This document shows, piece by piece, positions 57,480-64,000 of a stretch of 64,000 bases of DNA. A model generated the notes under the pieces. That model was not told the DNA's origin and made no database searches. It saw only the letters and a program-made list of their open reading frames with translations. This DNA is from a virus (lineage: Duplodnaviria > Caudoviricetes): positions 1-64,000 of the IMG/VR virus record IMGVR_UViG_3300005719_000002; one strand, 5' to 3'. Position numbers and translations under genes: made by a program. How positions within the stretch are numbered: position 1 is the first letter of the stretch; every line of letters starts with the position of its first letter.

Positions 57480-57536
57480 AAATAAGTATTACAAAGTGCT
57501 ATACAAGTAGCATACGTTTGTGATACAGTTGTATTC

Positions 57537-57896
57537 ATGGCGAAATTAGCGAAGGAGTTGATTGCGTTACGATTGAAGCCTGAGACGGTTAGGTGGATTA
57601 AGGATGAAGCTAATCGGCAGGGAAAGACTCAAGCTGATGTGGTGAGTGACGCAATCGAGGTTGTTAGGAACCCTATTGGAGAGCCGCCTGAGAGTGTCTA
57701 TAAGGCTATTGGTGGGGTTGTGGTACGAGAAGATGCTCCGCGTGGTTTCCCGATCATCTGTCGGCACTGTGGAGAAGTTGGAGCGCACGGCTCGACGAAG
57801 ATTGCGACAATTTGTTTCGACTGTAAAGCTGGTGGGCATTCAAATGAGCCGCGAGACTGTCCGGTGTGTACGGAGCAGGGGACGGGGGCGTTGTGA
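57537..57896 (+). CDS. RHH/CopG-like regulator with C-terminal Zn motifs
   Basis: LIALRLKPETVRWIKDEANRQGKTQADVVSDAI; CRHC, CFDC, CPVC. Confidence 0.7.
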   Translation: MAKLAKELIALRLKPETVRWIKDEANRQGKTQADVVSDAIEVVRNPIGEPPESVYKAIGGVVVREDAPRGFPIICRHCGEVGAHGSTKIATICFDCKAGGHSNEPRDCPVCTEQGTGAL

Positions 57897-58192
57897 AAGA
57901 AAAGAAGCCTGACACACGGACGCTGGAGCAAAGGATGGCTGACTGGCGCGCGAAGCGGAAACCGATAGACACCCCTAAAGGAAAATACGGATGGGCGACC
58001 AAGAAACCAGCCAAGAAAGACCGCGACGAAAGTTAAGTCGCCGTCAGCAGGAAATTGAGGCACGGAAGGCGGCTGACCCGATTGCTCAGTTGATGGAGCG
58101 TGACGACATTGATTACGGTTCCGACGAGCTACCGGTTGCGCCACGAATTCAAAGACCTGACTAATTCTACCACGGCGGACGATTGAAATGAG

Positions 58193-60173
58193 CGACGAAT
58201 ATCCAAACGCGCCTCCGTGGATTGAGGAAATGCTGGCAGAGAGTTCCCTGATAACCGCAGCGCGGAAGATGCGATGGAAAGAGCGCGTTGAGGAGTTGAT
58301 GAAAGAGGCGGTAGAACATGACGCGCCTTCTACCACGCAGCCGGAGGAGAAATCGAAGAAATGAGTGAATCTAAACAAAAAGCAGATTGGTTGGTATTTC
58401 AGAACTTCTTGGAGGCTACGGGCGGCGTTCAGGGGTTCCTTATGTTGCGTCAGCAAGAGCCTGAGTTTTGTAACGCAATGCTCGATGCTTACGGTATCGT
58501 TTTACCGCCACCGAGCAACGAGATGAAACCGGAAAGCTACAGCCTGTGGGCGTCAAAGAGGCCGATTGCAACGCAGCACGTCGTAAAGATGTTTCCATTG
58601 ACGAATGGTACTCATGCCTTCGCAAAAGGGCGATGCTGCAATCTGAGGCTGTGGGATTAGCGCGTCGGCTGAGTCGGGCGACTACGCCTCCGCAATTTAA
58701 CGCATACTCATGTTTTTACTGTGGACGGTATCACGTAGGTCGAATGAAACATCGAAAGCGGAAATTGGAGAGCATGGCAAGGGAAGCGATGGCTATAGCG
58801 ATTGAGCGGTATTTCAATCTGTAAGCAGCCATCGGAGAGAGGAAAGAAATCGTGAGCGAGTTCAGGATAGGCAGCGACGTGTTAATTGGCAACGACATCC
58901 GCGCAAGGATTCGGGCGATTGAAATTCGCGGCCCTGAACAGCTTGTGACTTATCAATGCGCTTGGTGGGACGAACGCACCTTGAAAAGCGAGTGGGTTTA
59001 CTCCGACGAAATCACGCCGTTAACCAAAAAGAAAACCATGCGAGGTTTTCACAGCGGCGCGGCTTCTACTTCAGAAGGGGGAGGGGAATGAAGGGCGCGG
59101 TGCGTAGACTTTTGGACTGGATTAACGCTCAACGTGTTTTGAACTGCTTGGGCCATCATCATTCAGTTAATATTCGCGGCTCGCATAAGCGTGTGAAATG
59201 GGCGTCCTGTGCTGATTGCAAATACTACTGGCAGCCATACTACGGACGTGCAGCCTTCGACCGTGTTTGTGAGAAGCCAAAATGAGCGAGGCTGTTGATT
59301 TACGAGCAACCTGCGCGAGACTTGGACTAACTTCCGCCGTCGTGACGCGGCATGGGAAACAAGTGCATTTATGGAATCCCTCAGCGAAGCAGCGGTGCAA
59401 GACTTTTTGTGGATTAGCAATCGTTGATTTCGCGTCCGATATGGACTCGCGGACGGTGACTTGTGCGCGATGTTCGGAGAAGCAAGCCGCCGTGTCAGAA
59501 GGGGGAGCAGAGTGAGCGAGCCGAAACGTCAGAACGTATCACCAAAAGCCATTGAAATCATTCGCCGCATTTACGCGAAATCGTGCGTTGGCTGTTGTTG
59601 GCACGTCGTCTTAGACGATGAGAATTGGGACTCTATCGAGTTTTGTCGCCAGTGGGCTGCTGAACACCGCCAACCGGACGCTGAGTACCCTTGCATTACC
59701 GAAGGTGCATGTCAGGAACTTGCCGCGCTGGATGTAACTGCGAGCATTCTTAAGCGTGCGATGGATGTCGTTGACAGTGAACTTCGCAACGCCGCAACCG
59801 CGTCAGAAGAGGTCTAAGAGATGAGTGCGAAACCACCCACCGACAAACTCCCCTGCGCCCCACCCAAGCACCGCTTCGACGTGGAGAATGGAAAGATCGT
59901 TGGCGATAAATGCAGATGCGGCGCGCGACCAGTCAAGCGGATGAAGTGATGGCCGATTCTGACGACCAGTATATTCATCGTTTACCTGACGGGAATCTGT
60001 ATGCCGAAGTACCCGACGACCAATCCTGTCCTGCGTGCGGCGAGACGTATCCAACCACGAAAGAAGGAGTAGACGATCACGCCACGCATCATCTTGCTGA
60101 GTACGAGAGACTGTTCGTGTGGCCTGAGTTCGTTTTGGAAGACCTGCTTGACGCTGAATACCTGAGTGAGTAG
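58193..60173 (+). other. Run of small hypothetical ORFs incl. a DUF2158-like protein (58852-59091)
   Basis: Packed plus-strand ORFs; FRIGSDV...YQCAWWD pattern at 58852. Confidence 0.55.
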
Positions 60174-60233
60174 CAGCGGGGCTTTAACATTCGCTATTTC
60201 CAAACCCGCCAAATTGATTTATCCTGCTGAGCG

Positions 60234-61481
60234 ATGGCAGTACAGCTTCCCCGTATCTTCCGGCGCACGCCGTTTCCGTTGACGCCTCCGTTTGTCGAAG
60301 GCGACCACCCGCTCGGCAACATCCTGATTCCCGGCGCGCGAAGTTTCGCTGAAGATGTACCACCGCCTGCGCAAATCGCCGCGCCCAACCTGACAAACAT
60401 CGCTACCGCACTGCCGCAGCCTGTAGACAACCCTAATGTAGATGTTGATGCGCCGCCTTTACTCGGCTTGCAACCACCACCGCCCGCAATGATCCAAGGC
60501 GACAAGTATTCCCGTCCGCAGAACGTCATCGGCGCAACCTCTCCCGAAGAAGCGGCGATGATGAGAAACCAAGCCCTCCACGCCTACGAACCACAAAAGT
60601 CCAAAGGCTTCTGGGACAGGTTTCTCAAGCCCGCGCTGCTGGGTGGTGGGTTGGGATTTATCGCCGGTGGGCCGGGAGGCGCAATCGGTGGTGCGGCTAC
60701 GAACGCTATCCGCTCGGCCTTTAACCCCAAAGCCCCCAACGAAGACTGGAAACGCCGCGAGACGGCCCAGAGCGACCGCGAAGTTACCGGAATGCTGCAA
60801 CGGCAGAAGATGTCCGATGAGGATGTGCAACGCCAAGCGACGCTTCAGAGAACTATTGCTGATACGCAACTCAGTCGTCGCCGAGCAGCGGAGCTAGGTA
60901 AATCAAAACCACGCAACGTGCAAACCGGCACCGCCGTGCTACCTGACGGACGTTCCGTTCAGGTCGAGCGTGACGACAAAGGTACATGGCAACTGTCCAA
61001 GGGCGCAGATGGTGACGTAGTGGTTAAGAAAGCCGCTCCCAATGCCAAGAGCAAAGTTACCGTGGACGTTCCCGGTGTGGGGCCGCTGGAAGTGACCCCT
61101 GAATCCGCCTTGGGCTACTACTCCACCGCTGAGAACCGCCAACAGACCAGCGAAAACAAAGCAGGTGAAGCGGAATTCTCCAACACGCAACTTCAGTCCA
61201 ATATTAGTGATGCTGCTGGCGAGCAGGCCAAGGTCGAGCAGGCGTTGAAAGACACCGCGCCGACAGTTACTACGACCGACGAGACAACCGGCACCCAAAA
61301 GACCGTGCGCAATCCAATCTACACCGATCTGGAAAACCGTCGGGATAAACTAATCGATGACCAACGCCGCTGGAAGGGTGAGTTGAAAGCGGTTCCGAAA
61401 ACAAACGTCACGCGAGGTAGGGCTAAAATACAACCGAAGGTGAGCGCAGGCCGTCTCAAAAGTGAATTTGGAATAAAGTGA
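60234..61481 (+). CDS. Putative ejection (internal virion) protein
   Basis: Pro-rich N-terminus, Gly-zipper LLGGGLGFIAGGPGGAIGG, Q/E/K-rich coiled body; directly upstream of the SLT protein. Confidence 0.6.
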   Translation: MAVQLPRIFRRTPFPLTPPFVEGDHPLGNILIPGARSFAEDVPPPAQIAAPNLTNIATALPQPVDNPNVDVDAPPLLGLQPPPPAMIQGDKYSRPQNVIGATSPEEAAMMRNQALHAYEPQKSKGFWDRFLKPALLGGGLGFIAGGPGGAIGGAATNAIRSAFNPKAPNEDWKRRETAQSDREVTGMLQRQKMSDEDVQRQATLQRTIADTQLSRRRAAELGKSKPRNVQTGTAVLPDGRSVQVERDDKGTWQLSKGADGDVVVKKAAPNAKSKVTVDVPGVGPLEVTPESALGYYSTAENRQQTSENKAGEAEFSNTQLQSNISDAAGEQAKVEQALKDTAPTVTTTDETTGTQKTVRNPIYTDLENRRDKLIDDQRRWKGELKAVPKTNVTRGRAKIQPKVSAGRLKSEFGIK

Positions 61482-61482
61482 C

Positions 61483-64000
61483 TTGCCGCAAAAGAAACCT
61501 CAAGAAGACCTTTCTCTCGATGATGCGATAGATCGAATCGCAGACAATCTTTCTGTCCCGCGCGAACTCTGGCGGGCGATGACAAATCAGGAATCCGGTG
61601 GTAAGACTTCCGCGCAGTCTCCGAAAGGGGCGCACGGAATGTTTCAGATCATGCCCGCAACTGCGGCGGGAATCAAGAAGCCCAACGGACAGGTCATCGA
61701 CATAAACGATCCACTGGACAACGCCTACGGTGGATTAAAACTTCTCTCTGATAACTACAAGCAGTTTCGCCCCCTGGCTCAGAACGACCGTCATGCGTGG
61801 GCAATGGCTATTGCTGGCTACCACGGCAACCCGAAAAACGTAATTCGAGATGTCAAGCGTGGCGGAATCGGCATTCCCGATCAGGACGATGGGGCAATCA
61901 ACACGCAGGATCATGTTTACAAGATCATGCACAATGTCCCCGGTATTGGACGCTTAGGGCCAGATGCGTCCACTACCCCGCCTTTGGTTCAATCAGGGCA
62001 AGCGCCGAAGGCGGGGGCACTTCCAGCCACGCCAATCGACTACTCAGGCCGTATCCCTAAAGTCGCCGTTCCGGTAAACCAACCACCATCGCCCACCGAT
62101 GCCGTGAGCGCGTTAGCAACCAAGTTCGCTCAACAAGCTCCTGAAAACGCTCGCCGTCGGCGGATGCAGCAACGGGTGCAGCAAGCCAGAGCGAGTATTG
62201 GAACAAATGACGCGGCATGGCACTTCGGCATGACGCCGGATGAAGCAAAGCGACTATCGCCACAAGCCCAACAAGTTCTCGTGCAGGCCGTCACGGAAGA
62301 TCGTCGCAAGAAAGCCGCCGGGCAGGAGATCGCCCCGCCGTCTCTCACTTATCAGAATGAGATGAGGGCTAAGGCGGGACTAAAACCGCTGGCTTTCAAC
62401 GTCGCCACGGCACCCAACGCAACAGCGCCTTACTACCGTCCTGAATCCGCGAATCTCAACTTAGACATGGAGGATCGCAGCGGGTTTGCGGTTCCACGTC
62501 AAACTCCCGCTGGGAACGTGGTCGAACGTCGTAATCAGGCGTTCAATCGCCCTTTAGCTGAGCAAGTAGGCGCAGCAGCAACCAGCGCTCCCGTGCTGTC
62601 CGATGAAACAAAAACTCGCAACCTGATCCAGGAAACTGCACCGCCGGGATTCGAGTACCTGCCGAAAGGGTTGCAGGACTGGATTGGTGGTGCGGTGGCG
62701 AAGAACGCTGTCGGCCTTGCGAAACAAGTAGGCGCATTAGGGCATGATGTAGCAGTGATTTCTCCGGCAACTCAGATTGCTGCTGCCATCGCGAGTAAGG
62801 CCACGGATCGCGATTTACCAAAGGAGCTTCTTAACACCGCTGACGAACTCAGTCGCGGCGCTGCGATTGCTGATGCTAAGGCTGGTCGTAGTACTCTATC
62901 CCAGGGCGCACAGGACGTTCTCGGTTCTACGGTATCAAGCGCTCCAGCGTTGGCTCTAAGCGCATTGGGCGTGCCTGCTCCTATTGCTTTCGGGCTTCAA
63001 TCCTATCTCGATGCTCAAGGCAATCGTGCTGGCTTAATGGAAACCATGAAGGCCACAGGTGAAGGTGCACTGATTGGTGAACTGTTCGAACTGCCCTTAC
63101 CTGCAAAACTTCAAGTCCTCAGTCGCATTGGAGCGAGGTTGGGCAAGACTGGTGAGATTGCCGGTCGTGCCGCGGAGCGAGCGATCCCCGTTGGCGCAGG
63201 CACCGCAGCGATAACCGGATCGCCCCAAGCCGCAGCAGTGAATGCACTGTTCGCCGCCTCTGGAGCAATCGGAAAGGGAGAACATGCAACTACTGAAACT
63301 CCTGAAGTGCTGGGAAGCGTACCTAAGCCAGCCACCGAACCACCTCGCGTACCGGAGCGTCCTGCGGATGTGGGCACATCTGCACCGCAATTGAGTGAGG
63401 CTGTCCAAGCGAAACCCCGGCCGAAGCTACCCGTTACTGAACCCGATTGGACAGACGTGCCACCGGAAGATCGCACTAAGATTCAACAGCAGTTGGTTGA
63501 TGAAATGGGCGCACCCACACACGATGAAGGTCAACCGAAACTACCAATAACAGAACAACCAATCCCACCAACGCAACCACCCACGCGGCCTGATACACCG
63601 CCAAAAGTCTCACCGGAGACTCCCGCTGAACCTCCAACCGCTGTAAAGTCAGCCGAACCTCCGCCAGCCGAGGTCGCAACTACGTCGCCCAAGGGCGCAA
63701 CTACGGCCTCAACATCTTCGGCACGCAAGGCCCAATTTGCCGAAGACCGTGCCGCGCTGGATTTACCCGAACTCCCCGTCGCCGAGCGCAAGTCATGGCA
63801 GCGGTCACTGGCCGAAGCCCAACCGGAGCACGCCAACGCTTTTGCCGACGAAGTGCTGAACAAACCCCGCGCTCTAACCGATTCCGAAACAGCCAGCATC
63901 GTCGTGCGCGCTCAGCAGATCAAAAACCGTCACGCTGACGTAATGAAAGAGATTGGCGACTCCAACGACACCCAATCCATCATCGGCAAACGCGCTGAAG
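61483..64000 (+). CDS. Large ejection protein with N-terminal soluble lytic transglycosylase domain, 3'-truncated (not in ORF track)
   Basis: TTG 61483, frame open to window end by manual translation; QESGG...SPKGAHGMFQIMPATA, N.YGG..LL, AIAGYHG. Confidence 0.85.
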   Translation, partial: MPQKKPQEDLSLDDAIDRIADNLSVPRELWRAMTNQESGGKTSAQSPKGAHGMFQIMPATAAGIKKPNGQVIDINDPLDNAYGGLKLLSDNYKQFRPLAQNDRHAWAMAIAGYHGNPKNVIRDVKRGGIGIPDQDDGAINTQDHVYKIMHNVPGIGRLGPDASTTPPLVQSGQAPKAGALPATPIDYSGRIPKVAVPVNQPPSPTDAVSALATKFAQQAPENARRRRMQQRVQQARASIGTNDAAWHFGMTPDEAKRLSPQAQQVLVQAVTEDRRKKAAGQEIAPPSLTYQNEMRAKAGLKPLAFNVATAPNATAPYYRPESANLNLDMEDRSGFAVPRQTPAGNVVERRNQAFNRPLAEQVGAAATSAPVLSDETKTRNLIQETAPPGFEYLPKGLQDWIGGAVAKNAVGLAKQVGALGHDVAVISPATQIAAAIASKATDRDLPKELLNTADELSRGAAIADAKAGRSTLSQGAQDVLGSTVSSAPALALSALGVPAPIAFGLQSYLDAQGNRAGLMETMKATGEGALIGELFELPLPAKLQVLSRIGARLGKTGEIAGRAAERAIPVGAGTAAITGSPQAAAVNALFAASGAIGKGEHATTETPEVLGSVPKPATEPPRVPERPADVGTSAPQLSEAVQAKPRPKLPVTEPDWTDVPPEDRTKIQQQLVDEMGAPTHDEGQPKLPITEQPIPPTQPPTRPDTPPKVSPETPAEPPTAVKSAEPPPAEVATTSPKGATTASTSSARKAQFAEDRAALDLPELPVAERKSWQRSLAEAQPEHANAFADEVLNKPRALTDSETASIVVRAQQIKNRHADVMKEIGDSNDTQSIIGKRAE

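Noticed and set aside
1-64000. Stop-codon reassignment
   Set aside because: Genes are long and tightly packed under the standard code, and all three stop codons end genes cleanly

Overview
This 64 kb window is a segment of a tailed dsDNA bacteriophage genome, most likely of podovirus type. No major capsid, portal, large terminase, integrase or endolysin gene is recognisable inside it. Layout: (1) 1-20.7 kb, + strand virion/tail module with tandem paralogous ring/adaptor-like genes, a nozzle-like protein, a Hint-domain protein and several fibre/decoration proteins carrying Ser-Pro-Ser-Ala-Ser-[LIV] (SPSAS) low-complexity tracts. (2) 20.8-28.3 kb, a glycosylation cassette with two GT-A enzymes bearing ppGalNAc-transferase-like DxH and WG..E...K.W..GG...H.FR motifs, three paralogous ExD GT-A domains, a DUF616-like GT, a SAM methyltransferase, a UGM-like flavoprotein and a Tad2-like protein. 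It is flanked on both sides by SPSAS-tagged genes. (3) 28.7-32.5 kb, membrane/lysis-type genes. (4) 32.7-44.1 kb, Mom-like and Dam-like DNA modification genes, a PEP-CTERM protein, and recombination and replication genes. (5) 44-56 kb, small minus-strand early/accessory genes. (6) 56.3-64 kb, small terminase, a repeat-bearing non-coding gap, small ORFs and two ejection-type proteins, the last with an N-terminal lytic transglycosylase and running off the window. The main hypothesis is a phage-encoded, mucin-type O-glycosylation system: seven proteins share one Ser/Pro acceptor tag and the cognate GT cassette is embedded among them. Host clues (PEP-CTERM and an OmpA-like C-terminal module) tentatively point to a Gram-negative exosortase-bearing host, possibly Acidobacteriota (Blastocatellia). 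All family assignments come from motif recognition by eye, not database searches.
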